Below, piece after piece: positions 40,212 to 51,050 of a stretch of 64,000 bases of DNA. The notes beneath the pieces were generated by a model. It was given only the letters and a program-made list of their open reading frames with translations, did not search any database and was not told where the DNA came from. The first letter of the stretch is position 1; the number at the start of each line of letters is the position of its first letter. The stretch is from Candidatus Atabeyarchaeum deiterrae. Lineage in GTDB: Archaea; Asgardarchaeota; Atabeyarchaeia; Atabeyarchaeales; Atabeyarchaeaceae. A program made the position numbers and the translations under genes. The stretch is taken from NCBI GenBank assembly GCA_037310415.1, contig CP147780.1, positions 1,632,001 to 1,696,000 on the forward strand. The letters run 5' to 3'.

Positions 40212-41321
40212 TTGAGGGTGAAGCACCAATTGTACGAAGAAATGGCGAAATTGATAGTAAAGGATGCTTTGAGGATCAAATCCAGCGACGTCGTTTCGAT
40301 CCTGACCTTCCCCCACACTGTCGACGCAGCAAACGCGATTGCGATAGAATGCTTCAAGCAAGGGGCAGACGCGATGCTTGTCCTCTGGACTGATGACTAT
40401 TACTATGGGCAGCTTGAGCACCTTTCTGAAGACAGCTTGAAAGAGCCATCGAAGTTTTGCCAGGCACTAACGGAAGCTGTTACTGCGCAGGTCAATATGT
40501 TTGGTCTCGAGGATCCAGATGGTCTGAAGAAGATATCCTACTCGAAGTCAGCCGCATGGAATGAGGGTGAGAGAAGGGCACATTTCCCGAGAGGACAGGA
40601 GCGGAAGATAAGAACCGCCAACCTTACTCTTCCGCTAGTAACTAAGGCCAGAGCAAAAACATATGGCTTCAATTTTGGAGCATGGAAGAAGGCGGTCGAC
40701 GAAGCTACAACAGCAGACTTGAAAGAGATATCCCAGAAGTGCCATCGAGTCGCGTCTTCCCTTGAGAAAGCAAACGACGTTCGTATTACAGCGCCGAATG
40801 GAACTGATCTGACTTTCGAACTTGCTGGGAGACCTGTACATATAGATGATGGTATAATCGATGAAGATGATATTGCCAACAACTCGCTCGAAACCCAGCT
40901 GCCTACAGGTTTCGTACAGACAACGGTTGTTGAGTCAAGCGCAAATGGCAAGATTTTCTTCGACCTACCGCTCCAGGCGCTTGGGGTTAATGTTGTTGAT
41001 TTGGAATGGGGGTTCAAAGAAGGTAGACTAACATCGATGATGGCAAGGAAAAACATTGAATCTCTTGCTACAGAGATGCAAAGCGCTACAGGAGACAAGG
41101 ACATCATAGCGTTCCTAGGAATAGGTCTCAACCGCAAAGCAAAGCAGGGCTTCATGATGAATAACATTGTTGAAGGGGCTGTTACTATAGGAGTCGGAGA
41201 TAACGAAGCTCTGGGTGGTCAGAACAAATCCCCATATGGGGCGGCCGCAACAATAGGAGAGGCGACACTGGAGATCGATGGCAAGGCAATTGTCAAAGCT
41301 GGTCGTTTGGTTGAAGAGTGA
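40212..41321 (+). CDS. M29 (AmpT/AmpS-like) aminopeptidase homologue, metal ligands apparently lost
   Basis: GTDLTF, LPTG, GIGLN, IDG scaffold. Confidence 0.8.
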   Translation: MRVKHQLYEEMAKLIVKDALRIKSSDVVSILTFPHTVDAANAIAIECFKQGADAMLVLWTDDYYYGQLEHLSEDSLKEPSKFCQALTEAVTAQVNMFGLEDPDGLKKISYSKSAAWNEGERRAHFPRGQERKIRTANLTLPLVTKARAKTYGFNFGAWKKAVDEATTADLKEISQKCHRVASSLEKANDVRITAPNGTDLTFELAGRPVHIDDGIIDEDDIANNSLETQLPTGFVQTTVVESSANGKIFFDLPLQALGVNVVDLEWGFKEGRLTSMMARKNIESLATEMQSATGDKDIIAFLGIGLNRKAKQGFMMNNIVEGAVTIGVGDNEALGGQNKSPYGAAATIGEATLEIDGKAIVKAGRLVEE

Positions 41322-41670
41322 TTAACCGATCCCAGAAGCTGACCAGTCTGTAACTCTATGTCACGATGGGAGTGTAGACACAAGAGACAGTTGACCACAG
41401 GGCTGGAACCGAGGCTCGTGCCCCATTTTTGAATGCAGCTAGTCTACAGAGGACAAAAACGATGCCGTGGAGTCCTCAATTTGAGTACTCGCCCCAAGGG
41501 AAATGATCTAAGTAGTCTAACTTGTGAGCGGGAGGTTATCGCGTTTATTCTTGCACTGTTCTCCACTCTGGTCCTAGCACGCTGCAAGATTTTTGAAACT
41601 CACCCCGAACAAGAGGGAAGAGTTATTATCTTTGCATAACTTGATCCAAAGATATGTGCGGGGATAGAAA

Positions 41671-42747
41671 ATGACAAAGAGAATAGTCGCTATGGGTGGT
41701 GATGGAGTAGGTCCCGAAGTAGTCAATGCCACCACGCACATCTTGAGGAACATGGACTTGGATATTGAAATAGCAGATGCTCCTTGTGGCGAGACCGCCA
41801 TTAAGACCTATGGCACGCCGCTCCCTGAAGAAACGAAGGATCTTTGCGAAGAAGCCGACGCCATACTCTTCGGAGCAATTGGCGACAAGAGTACGATTAT
41901 CATAACATACCTTCGCTGGATCCTTGACACTTACGCCAACATCAGACCAGCAAAATACTACGAAGGTGTCCAGTCTCCTCTGAAAGAGGCGACTGGAGTA
42001 GACTTCGTTATAATCAGGGAAAACAGTGAAGGTCTCTACCCAGCAAGGGAAGGAGACCTGTCAATGCTTGCAGGGAGTCTCCCCGACTACAAAGATCTTC
42101 TTGGCAGATCGTTCGCAGATTTCGGGAAAGGAAAATTCGCGATAAGAGTGATCACCGAGCAAGGCACAAGAAGAATCGCCAAATTCGCGTGCGAATACAC
42201 CAAGAAAAGAAAGGGCGCGGGGTTCCCAGGTAAGCTAACATGCGTCACCAAATCTAATCTCTTGACTCAAAGTTGCGGCCTCTTTCAAAGCATAACTGAA
42301 CAGGAGTTCAGGAAAAGAATCCCAGATCTAACCTATGAGCACTACTATGTGGATGACGCTGCAAGGAGGCTCGTCCGGTACCCAAGGGAACTGGATGTCA
42401 TCGTCACCTCAAACATGTTTGGTGACATATTGTCAGACCTCGCTGCCGAGATCGTGGGCGGTTTAGGGTTGGCCCCCAGCGCCTGCATCGGTGACAGAAA
42501 AGCGTACTTTGAGCCTGTTCACGGTTCCGCTCCTAAGTATGCTGGCAAGAATATGGTGAATCCTACAGCCACAATTCTCTCAGCGAAGCTGATGCTCGAA
42601 TACCTTGGAATGAATGGTGCTGCGGATTCGTTGGAGCAGGCAATCTCTGAGATCTACAAGGAAGGCAGAACTCTAACATATGATCAAGGGGGAAAAGCCA
42701 CAACCGCCGAGTTTGCCGAGGCTGTATTGAAGAAGCTCTCAGAATAG
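41671..42747 (+). CDS. isocitrate/isopropylmalate dehydrogenase family
   Basis: GDGVGPE, IRENSEGLY, NMFGDILSD, FEPVHGSAP. Confidence 0.93.
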   Translation: MTKRIVAMGGDGVGPEVVNATTHILRNMDLDIEIADAPCGETAIKTYGTPLPEETKDLCEEADAILFGAIGDKSTIIITYLRWILDTYANIRPAKYYEGVQSPLKEATGVDFVIIRENSEGLYPAREGDLSMLAGSLPDYKDLLGRSFADFGKGKFAIRVITEQGTRRIAKFACEYTKKRKGAGFPGKLTCVTKSNLLTQSCGLFQSITEQEFRKRIPDLTYEHYYVDDAARRLVRYPRELDVIVTSNMFGDILSDLAAEIVGGLGLAPSACIGDRKAYFEPVHGSAPKYAGKNMVNPTATILSAKLMLEYLGMNGAADSLEQAISEIYKEGRTLTYDQGGKATTAEFAEAVLKKLSE

Positions 42748-43656
42748 GTCAAAACTTGTTGCATAGAACCTTCTCCCATAGACTTCATCAAAGGTTGCTT
42801 TTGTCAGGGGTTTGACCATTAGAAGACCGTGACTTTCCATCTGAGTAACGTACCCTCTTGACCTGTATGTTTCGAGCAAATTGTGGTTAAGCACGCATCT
42901 ATCGGAGACAACATCTTTTGCTCTGCTCTCAATTATGGTGACGAGATTCTTTGTTTCATCTTCATTGCTCGGAACAACTTCGTCAACAGTTAGCGCTCCG
43001 CCTGTCATACCGAAGAAGACGTAGCCTTCTTCTCTGACTATAACTCTCTCCGCCCTTCCTTGATCAAGACTCGCAAAACGAGGGAGTGACTTGAAGAAGC
43101 CAATATCTCTCACCACAAAGCCAGTTCTCGGCGAAGTGAAGTCACTGTAAAGGTTCATAACACTCTTCCAGCGTATTCTTGCGTCGCCCTTTGCAGCCGC
43201 TTTCCTTTTCTTCATGAGGAACTTGAATGCACTTGGAAACTGCAGCGCATCCTCGTATGCAAGGTGCCGGTAGAAGGCGTACGCTATGAACGTTTTGCGG
43301 GTAACTAGAAATGAGAATCTGTAACCCTTCTCAGTGAAATACTCGTGCGCGGCACCCATGAGAGCAGTTGAGATACCTCTTCTTGCATTTCCTGGGTGGG
43401 TTGAGACGCCCCAGATGCCACCGACAACCTCTGTGTCGCCACTTATGTTCTTCGTGGGTATCTCCATTATGCCAACGAAACCAATAACACGGTCATTTTC
43501 CAAAGCACAGAACCCTACAGGCCCGTTGTGTGTTCTCGGATCTACCTTAATCATTCCTTCCATCTGACGTGGGTTCGGCGATCCGCCAAAACTCAAGCTA
43601 AGGATCGGCAGAACCTCGTCTTTGTTCTCAAGTTCTTTGTACGTTACTATTCTCAT
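42739..43656 (-). CDS. GNAT N-acetyltransferase
   Basis: VSTHPGNARRGIS. Confidence 0.85.
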   Translation of the reverse strand: MRIVTYKELENKDEVLPILSLSFGGSPNPRQMEGMIKVDPRTHNGPVGFCALENDRVIGFVGIMEIPTKNISGDTEVVGGIWGVSTHPGNARRGISTALMGAAHEYFTEKGYRFSFLVTRKTFIAYAFYRHLAYEDALQFPSAFKFLMKKRKAAAKGDARIRWKSVMNLYSDFTSPRTGFVVRDIGFFKSLPRFASLDQGRAERVIVREEGYVFFGMTGGALTVDEVVPSNEDETKNLVTIIESRAKDVVSDRCVLNHNLLETYRSRGYVTQMESHGLLMVKPLTKATFDEVYGRRFYATSFDLF

Positions 43657-44038
43657 CCCATGTGACCTCTGCGTAAGGAGATAGCGACCAGTATTATTGT
43701 CTTTCTAGCAGTAGAGCGATTCGACTCAGGAGATCTTAGAATATCTCAGCGGCACGGCATTGGTTTCCATCGTCATGAATATTGACCTCTCAAAGAGAGG
43801 TTCTAGGTCGGTAACAAATTTATAAGGGTCTAACCATACCTTGCGGGTGTGATCAGAGGCTCGAAAGAAAGTGGAATCGGAAGACTTTCACCGTCTCACT
43901 CTATCTCTACTGTTGATCTTCGCATTATGAATATGAGTTTTATTTCGGAATACTGAATCGTTTGCTTGGAACGGAACAATTATAAACCTTTGAAGAGTAT
44001 CAAAGCTTCTGGAGAAACCAATTGGTGGTGTTTCAATA

Positions 44039-44869
44039 TTGAAGAAGCAAGATGGCAAGAAGAAAGGTGGCAGCTCTAACGGTGTCGCAATCAAGGTGGA
44101 GAACCTCGTTAAGTACTACGGTGACAAGCCTGCTGTGAACGGTCTATCATTTCAAGTCAAAACAGGAGAGATCTACGGTCTCCTTGGCCCCAATGGGGCA
44201 GGCAAGTCCACGACACTGAAGATCGTCACTGGGCTTCTGGATCCAACTGAAGGCAATATATCCGTTTTTGGCTTCAACCCTGTGGAGGATGCCATCAAGG
44301 TCAAGAGCATGCTAGGCTATGTGCCTGAAGCCGTTCAACTCTATGACTCTCTATCTGTCCGTGAGTTCCTACAGTTTGTCGCTTCGATTAGGCGGATGGA
44401 TTCCAATACTGCTAACAACCGCGCTAAAGAAGTCATCAAAGCCTTTGATCTTGGAAAGTACTTCGATGCACCGATAATGACTCTGTCTGCTGGAACAAAG
44501 CAGAAGGTTGCAGTCATAGCAGCGATCTTGCATGATCCTCCGTTGCTCGTACTCGACGAGCCCATGACGGGCCTTGACGTCCGATCTTCGAAGATTCTGA
44601 AAGAGCACCTCACTCACCACAATGAACGAGGAGGAGCAGTACTATTCTCAACTCATATAATGGAAGTCGCGGAGCGAATCTGCACGAGAGTCGGCATAAT
44701 CAATAATGGCAGACTCGTAGCTGAAGGAACCGTCAACGAGTTGAGAGACTTGATCCACGGAGCTGGTGCATCACTAGAGGAGATCTTCCTGAAAGTGACT
44801 GAACAAGAGGAAGGCGTAGCGGACACAGTGAGGATACTGGAGGAGGCGTTCAAGGAACGTGAAACTTAG
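44039..44869 (+). CDS. ABC-2 transporter ATP-binding protein
   Basis: GPNGAGKS, LSAG, LDEP, STH. Confidence 0.95.
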   Translation: MKKQDGKKKGGSSNGVAIKVENLVKYYGDKPAVNGLSFQVKTGEIYGLLGPNGAGKSTTLKIVTGLLDPTEGNISVFGFNPVEDAIKVKSMLGYVPEAVQLYDSLSVREFLQFVASIRRMDSNTANNRAKEVIKAFDLGKYFDAPIMTLSAGTKQKVAVIAAILHDPPLLVLDEPMTGLDVRSSKILKEHLTHHNERGGAVLFSTHIMEVAERICTRVGIINNGRLVAEGTVNELRDLIHGAGASLEEIFLKVTEQEEGVADTVRILEEAFKERET

Positions 44870-46520
44870 AGAAGCATGGAGACTGTCCAGAACAATTGCG
44901 GTTGAATCCATGCTCAGAGGCACAGTTCTCATGAGAGGAGGACAGGCATCTATCCTCGCCCAGCAGGATCCAGCTAAACTTGTTAGACGCGCCCGGTCTT
45001 CACTCAGAATAAACAAAATCGTTTTTGCTTTCGTCTATGGTGCCCTTTCGCTTTTCATGCCATTCGGGTTGGTTTTCATTGGCAACACGCAAGTAGTGCA
45101 GTTTGCCTTGATTTCTTTGTTCTACATCTTCGGGTTGGTCTTCCTCATTACTTTCAACCTCATGGCAACGACTTCTTTTGTTACTGGAGATGTGATGAAG
45201 CCGATCGAATCGCTTCCATTTTCACGCGGAGACCTCGCCCAATTGAGTGTACTTTCATTTCTGCATCTGCTTGACCTACAATTAGCGGTCTTCATCGCAG
45301 CTTACCCGATCACTTACGGACTCGTAACTGGTTCGCTCATTGGAGCGATTTTCGTCCTTCTGTTCAACTCCGTCAATGCGATCGTAGCAGTGTTTCTTAC
45401 ATTCTTCCTGGCTAGAGGTTTCTACAGAAGGATTCTCTCAGTCGGTGGCTCAAGAATAAAAAGCGCGATAAGGACTTTCGTCACGCTTCTCTTTGGTATA
45501 GCCACCTTGGGCATGTCATATTTCGTCACTTTCCTAATTCAGGGGGCTTTTCAGATAGTGCAATTGTTCACCCTCATTCAAAGCCCAGGATATAACTTGA
45601 TTATTCTCGTCTATCCATTTTCCTTTGGCTATCTCGCAGCCGAGCTGACAACTGCATTTTCATCGCCAAGTCCGCTTCCTATCCTGCTATCCACGGAATC
45701 GATCATGGCAATACTAGCTTCAGCATTCTACGTCATTCTCAGCTATTTTGTGTATAAAAGAGGAATGGGTGCACTAAGACAAATCTCGCTTGGCGAAGTC
45801 GAAATGGCTCCAAAACTGACTCAAAAGCTCTCAGACGTAAGAATAAACGTCGGAGGAGTATTCTCATCAATCTTCAAAAAAGACATTAGACTCGCTTCAA
45901 GGAACGTGGGGTATGCAGTATTCCTTGCAATGCCAATCATGGGTGTAATAATCTTCACCATAGCAACGTGGGAACTCGAGGTGATTCGAGTTATAGCCGT
46001 GCTCGGCGCCTTACTATACTCTTCAGAATTCATGGTGTTCTTCGCGGTATCGACAATGTGGTTTGAGGGGAGAGGCGTCTCAGTTCTGGCACAGCTTCCA
46101 ATCTCAACCAGAAAGGTCGTGCAAGCCAAATCATTCGCGTCAACCGCACTATCCGTCATGATGCCAGCCACGCTTCTCGTAGTCTCGTTCTTCAAGCCGC
46201 TCACAACATTCTACTCTATCGTGATATCGATCATTGAGGTGGGCGCAGTGTACGCCAGCGCCTATATCGCCACTACGCTCGTGTGTAAGCTCTTTGGAGA
46301 AGGAAGAATGCCTTTCGCTACCTTCGAGGGTCACCTGCTGCAATACATGGTCGTGATGATAATTGGAGGCATATTCGTAGCGGCTCCTGTGGGAGTCTAT
46401 GCAATTGCATATTCCTTTCTACACTATGACCACTTGTATAGCACACTAGCAATGGGAATCGCCGTAGCGCTGGAAGTCCTACTAGCGAGCGCGATTGCAA
46501 GGAAGGCGCTGAAAGACTAA
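44859..46520 (+). CDS. ABC-2-type permease
   Basis: ~12+ TM helices; overlaps the ATPase gene; KKDIRLASR. Confidence 0.8.
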   Translation: MKLREAWRLSRTIAVESMLRGTVLMRGGQASILAQQDPAKLVRRARSSLRINKIVFAFVYGALSLFMPFGLVFIGNTQVVQFALISLFYIFGLVFLITFNLMATTSFVTGDVMKPIESLPFSRGDLAQLSVLSFLHLLDLQLAVFIAAYPITYGLVTGSLIGAIFVLLFNSVNAIVAVFLTFFLARGFYRRILSVGGSRIKSAIRTFVTLLFGIATLGMSYFVTFLIQGAFQIVQLFTLIQSPGYNLIILVYPFSFGYLAAELTTAFSSPSPLPILLSTESIMAILASAFYVILSYFVYKRGMGALRQISLGEVEMAPKLTQKLSDVRINVGGVFSSIFKKDIRLASRNVGYAVFLAMPIMGVIIFTIATWELEVIRVIAVLGALLYSSEFMVFFAVSTMWFEGRGVSVLAQLPISTRKVVQAKSFASTALSVMMPATLLVVSFFKPLTTFYSIVISIIEVGAVYASAYIATTLVCKLFGEGRMPFATFEGHLLQYMVVMIIGGIFVAAPVGVYAIAYSFLHYDHLYSTLAMGIAVALEVLLASAIARKALKD

Positions 46521-46623
46521 CCATATATCCAGTATAACCTACGTGGTACCTCATCAGGAAAAACCAGTTGGAAGAGGACCAAAAAAGGAAGAGACAGTCC
46601 ATTCGCTTGTCTCTTTTCCCAAT

Positions 46624-47508
46624 CTATGTTTTGACGGCGCGGATCTCTGCGTGTGACACTTTAAGATTCTTCTTGATCGCGTCAGCTCGATTTAGTAGTC
46701 TTCCAAGATCAGCGTCTCCCTGACCGGACTTTATTTCTTGAATCGCGTTATCGATAAGTTCTCTCGAATACTCTTCATTGTTGACTACATCAACTTGGGT
46801 GAATCCTGCTTCCCTTATCTTCTTCAAGTACTCATCTAACCCTATGGCACCCCCAATACAAGAGGCCCATGCCGTGAGATTTCGTCTTACTTCATTAGGC
46901 ATGCCTTGTACCATCATATCCGACACGAGTATTCGCCCGCCTTTCTTCAGCACTCTATGCGCTTCTTGAAACACTTTCTCTTTCTCAGGAGACAAGTTGA
47001 TAACACAGTTGCTGATTATCACGTCAACGCTTTCATCTGGGACTGGAAGGTGCTCAATTTCACCGAGCCTGAACTCAACATTCTTTAACCCGCTCTTGCG
47101 TGCATTTGCCCTTGCTCTGTCAATCATCTCAGGTGTCATGTCGACGCCTATTGCCTTCCCTTCGGGCCCAACTTTCCTCGCTGCAAGAAAAACATCAATT
47201 CCACCACCAGACCCTAAGTCTAAAACGACTTCCCCTGATTTCAGATCAGCTAATGCGGTAGGGTTCCCACAGCCTGCGGATACGTTCCGCGCGGATTCAG
47301 GTAACAGATTTAGTTCCTCTTGGCTGTATCCTGCTTGCGCGATCACGGAAACAGGCTCGCAGCAGGACCCTTCGGTCGGGCGTTTAGCTCGCTGAGCGTA
47401 CGCCTTTCTTACCCCTTTTCTCATGTCTTCGCTAGTCAACTCTCCTTCAGTATTGCTCGCGATTGGTGGTTGAGAGCAACCACATGTTCTCGCATTCTTC
47501 GATTTCAT
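46624..47508 (-). CDS. arsM: arsenite methyltransferase
   Basis: SCC, GCGNP, LDLGSGGG, SNCVINL, WASCIGG. Confidence 0.9.
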   Translation of the reverse strand: MKSKNARTCGCSQPPIASNTEGELTSEDMRKGVRKAYAQRAKRPTEGSCCEPVSVIAQAGYSQEELNLLPESARNVSAGCGNPTALADLKSGEVVLDLGSGGGIDVFLAARKVGPEGKAIGVDMTPEMIDRARANARKSGLKNVEFRLGEIEHLPVPDESVDVIISNCVINLSPEKEKVFQEAHRVLKKGGRILVSDMMVQGMPNEVRRNLTAWASCIGGAIGLDEYLKKIREAGFTQVDVVNNEEYSRELIDNAIQEIKSGQGDADLGRLLNRADAIKKNLKVSHAEIRAVKT

Positions 47509-47599
47509 GTTCGCACCCCTTTTTAGGCACATAGCATAAATACTGTAGTAGGTAAACTATTTAAGTTGTAAAGAGTAAAGTATTGCGGTTGGTGTAACA

Positions 47600-48034
47600 A
47601 TGGAAAGTATTAGGTTAACAGAAGCTGAACTGGCGGATATAGGAAAAGACACATTAAGATTCATAGGCAACAGGGGAACGCTGGAGATTCTTTCATTGTT
47701 CTGTTGCTCAGATAGGAAGATCAGGTTCGGCGAACTCAGCAGCCTACTTAAACACATTAGCACTAAAACATTGGCTTCTAGACTTAAGGAACTTGAGAAA
47801 AACGGTTTGCTAAATAGAGTCGCCTATAACGAGATCCCGCCTAGAGTCGAGTACTCTATGACTGAGAAGGGTCAATCGTTGGCTGAAGCATTGAGTCCAT
47901 TGATAAGATGGATGATCCAGGGGCCAAAGATTGGAAAACCATCGGTGGCGCATCCCAAGAAATCTGGGGACTTCGACGATCCCCCTGGTTGTTGTCCAAG
48001 TGCTACAAGTAACCGCTCGGCGTCCGATGAGTAG
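47600..48034 (+). CDS. HxlR-family winged-helix regulator with CC motifs
   Basis: ISTKTLASRLKELE...PPRVEYSMT; divergent from arsM. Confidence 0.9.
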   Translation: MESIRLTEAELADIGKDTLRFIGNRGTLEILSLFCCSDRKIRFGELSSLLKHISTKTLASRLKELEKNGLLNRVAYNEIPPRVEYSMTEKGQSLAEALSPLIRWMIQGPKIGKPSVAHPKKSGDFDDPPGCCPSATSNRSASDE

Positions 48035-48335
48035 CAGGGTATCATTCATATTTCCAGCTTGTTACGGTCGTGAATTCGATCTTACACTTCGGGCAACTTC
48101 CAACATGGACAAATTGGCCAATATGATGATGAACTTCGACTTCAGTTCCACATTTCGGGCACGCTGCGAAGAACTTAGACCCTGGCAAACTTTCTCACCG
48201 CCTAAATGTGTGTCTGTAGAAGATAAAAGTATATTTTCTCGGGCAATAGCAAGCTACAAGGTTTGAGGGAAAGAGTTCACTGGACTATCATACTAAGAAA
48301 AAGATAGGAAATATCTGAAAAAGAAAAAACCAATT

Positions 48336-48497
48336 CTAGACAGCCTTCTTCTTGGCTGCGGGTGGTGCTGCTGCCTTCTGTTCTTTCATCGGTTCACCGC
48401 AACACACCATGTCACACGGACTGCATCCGCATGCTTCGTCAACTACGACGACTACTCCGCATTGCCCACACTTGTATTTTGCTCCCTTCTTTGCCAT
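48336..48497 (-). CDS. 53-aa Cys-rich desulforedoxin/metallothionein-like protein (not in the ORF track)
   Basis: MAKKGAKYKCGQCGVVVVVDEACGCSPCDMVCCGEPMKEQK...; GGAGG SD. Confidence 0.85.
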   Translation of the reverse strand: MAKKGAKYKCGQCGVVVVVDEACGCSPCDMVCCGEPMKEQKAAAPPAAKKKAV

Positions 48498-48647
48498 ACT
48501 CATCTCCTCCTACTTGTTTGTCATGCAAGATGTTCAATTCTGGATTCTTATAAGGCTATTTTCCCTTTTAAACATGAGTAAGATGCTGAATCTAGTATCT
48601 ATCCTTCTTATTGGTGAGTATCAGAAAAGATGTGAAGACACAAAGGG

Positions 48648-49379
48648 CTAATCCCGTTTGAGCTTGAACAATTCTCCGAGGTCTAACCATGTATAGTCTT
48701 GCGTTATCGTCTTCAGCATTGACCACAGGGTTGCCGTGTTGCTCGAGACAACTGGTTTCCCCAGGGTTTGTTCTAAACGCTTAATGATGTCAAACGTCGG
48801 TAGATTCGTGCAACTGATGAACACAGCATCAGCTTCATCTTCGTTCACCTCTGAAGCGAGCTTCACTGTCTTCTGCTCTTTGGTTCTGCCAATCTCTAGG
48901 TTGTCTTGTATCCCCAACCCCCTGATCTTGACCACCTCAAATCCGTTGTCACTGAGAAACTTCTGCTCAACCTTATTGACTTCATCGATGTACGGTGTTG
49001 CTACAGCTACCGCGTTTATATTTAGGTGTCTAAACGCATTTACTACGCATCCAGCAGTAGCAACCGCAGGCACGTCGGTCTTCTTCTTTATTCTGTCGAC
49101 TAGTTCAAAATCATGACCAATCCCTCGAAAGAGACTGCCGCTGGTGCATCCGTATGCTATAACGTCAACATCTGCATCCGCAAGCAAGGATGCTGCTTCT
49201 ACAACATCTCTCTCCATTGCCTCAAGTTCGACGAGAGTCACTTTGCTAAGCTTGATTCTGGTCGTGTGCACGGTGAATCTGTTTCTGCCCAACCAACTGA
49301 ACTCCCTCTCCATGGTCGTATTCGATGAGGGCACTATTATCCCGAGTTTAGGAACAGTGCAGTTATTTCGAGAGGACAT
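48648..49379 (-). CDS. maleate cis-trans isomerase / Asp-Glu racemase family
   Basis: IVPSSNTTME, YGCTSGS, ISCTNL, SSNTAT. Confidence 0.9.
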   Translation of the reverse strand: MSSRNNCTVPKLGIIVPSSNTTMEREFSWLGRNRFTVHTTRIKLSKVTLVELEAMERDVVEAASLLADADVDVIAYGCTSGSLFRGIGHDFELVDRIKKKTDVPAVATAGCVVNAFRHLNINAVAVATPYIDEVNKVEQKFLSDNGFEVVKIRGLGIQDNLEIGRTKEQKTVKLASEVNEDEADAVFISCTNLPTFDIIKRLEQTLGKPVVSSNTATLWSMLKTITQDYTWLDLGELFKLKRD

Positions 49380-49411
49380 CAGAAGTCTTTCCCCTTTTCT
49401 GTAGTAGCATT

Positions 49412-50653
49412 CTACTTTGGCATTCTCTTTATTTCGAATTTGCATTTGGGGTTGCCTTTCGCTAAGCACTCTGTTTCTTTGACTATATACCTTGGGCCGA
49501 AAGCGCGCTCCATGAGAGCGGAGAGTATCCCCACTACAAAGTAGCATACTGCCTTGTCTCCCCTGGGATATTCCTCGGCGAAGGCACTTCGCTCGCAGGT
49601 GACTTCTCCCCCATTCTCATTGATGTTCCCGACATGAAACATCCCCCATCCCGCAGTTGCCATGAACCTCAAGTATTCCTCGACAAGTGGCTTGCCATTG
49701 CTACCATATCTCTTGACATCCTCCACGGCAAACAAGTTGCCAGTTCTAACAAAGACAGCCCTGACAGTTCCCTCTCCTAGAGCGTCAGATGCTCGGAAGG
49801 TCAGCCCGACAATGCTCTTAACGTCTTTCGTTGCCACTTGAACGTCGCCATGAATGTCTTTGAAGATAAGTTTTCCCTCGTCGAACATGTTCGTGTTTTT
49901 GAGGGCTTCTTTGAAGTCGTTTTTCAAAGTAAGAGTCTCTGGGGGAGCTGCAGTTTCAGCTTTTGCGTTCTCTTCGAATGTGACGGCAGGAATTGGTTCA
50001 CTTGGCTTGTCTGTTGCCTCGGCTTTCTTCCAAGTGAATTCGCAAAAAGGATCTCCTTTGGCAATACACTTTGTCTCCTTAACTTCGAGAGCCACGTGGA
50101 ATGCCTCGTCTCCTGCCGCGATTATCTCCCCTTTGAAGTTATCATGAAACGTAACATCCTTCGGTGCATTCTTCGGCAAGAGCCCCTTGTACTCTATTTG
50201 CCAAAGCCCCTCCTTTTTCTCAAAGTCGAACTTGAATTCCTTTATCTCGCCCCATCCGATAGCAGAGATTAACCAGAAGTAGAACTGAAAAGCATACTTG
50301 TCTTCCAGTTTGAAGTTTCGTCTTCCAACCTGAACGATCGTCTTCCCCGTATCTCTGTGGAAGGACGTTATTATCTTCGGTGCGAGCTTCTTCCCTAAGA
50401 TCTCGTAAAGAGCGGACCATATACCCAATACAAATATTGAAGGGTAAGTTATGACGTGAAGACCAGTCATTTTTTCAACGATTTTCCCATCTGCAGGCAT
50501 CGTGACAAGACTCTTCATTACGTTAAACGAGGTTTTGATATTTGGCATGCGAAGCTTGTCAGCAAGTTCCTTCATTGGATACTCTGGGGTGCCTTGCTTG
50601 GCTCCAACAGCCGACGAACTTACTGCACGTTCTGTTTGGTTCATTCCAGCCAC
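49412..50653 (-). CDS. tandem V4R domain protein
   Basis: Two ETKCIAKGDPFC / ETECLAKGNPKC ends and two GWG motifs. Confidence 0.85.
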   Translation of the reverse strand: MAGMNQTERAVSSSAVGAKQGTPEYPMKELADKLRMPNIKTSFNVMKSLVTMPADGKIVEKMTGLHVITYPSIFVLGIWSALYEILGKKLAPKIITSFHRDTGKTIVQVGRRNFKLEDKYAFQFYFWLISAIGWGEIKEFKFDFEKKEGLWQIEYKGLLPKNAPKDVTFHDNFKGEIIAAGDEAFHVALEVKETKCIAKGDPFCEFTWKKAEATDKPSEPIPAVTFEENAKAETAAPPETLTLKNDFKEALKNTNMFDEGKLIFKDIHGDVQVATKDVKSIVGLTFRASDALGEGTVRAVFVRTGNLFAVEDVKRYGSNGKPLVEEYLRFMATAGWGMFHVGNINENGGEVTCERSAFAEEYPRGDKAVCYFVVGILSALMERAFGPRYIVKETECLAKGNPKCKFEIKRMPK

Positions 50654-50800
50654 GCCCCATGTACTCCTAGATTAGTAGAAAAAGTGAATGGCTCCTACAA
50701 TATGCATCAACCTGAATATACATGATTGAGACCAGTAAAAAAGCATTTTCGACCCCGACCCCACGCATCACAGCAATATAGCGAACTTCACGATGGTCGT

Positions 50801-51050
50801 TGCGAGGAAGCCCACGCTCTTCGGGGGTGGGGGGGAAATCGCAGTATGATTCCAGCTGAGAGCCTTGAATACTGCACTCCCTAACATCCTGTAGGGATAC
50901 TATGAGAGAGTGTCTGTCTCTGAACCTCCTCGAACCAACAAGGAAAAAGAGAAGGATCCTCAGGAAGACACACACCACTTACCTGGGTATAGTGAGGGAG
51001 GCGCTCTGTGGCCTTGACAGCGTCAAGAGCAGAGCTCTTAATCAGCCAAA
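50801..51050 (+). mobile_element. IS200/IS605-family remnant: end hairpin + TnpB-like N-terminal fragment
   Basis: GAAGCCCACGCTCTTCGGGGGTGGG hairpin; ORF at 50902 reads MRECLSLNLLEPTRKKRRILRKTHTTY. Confidence 0.55.
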
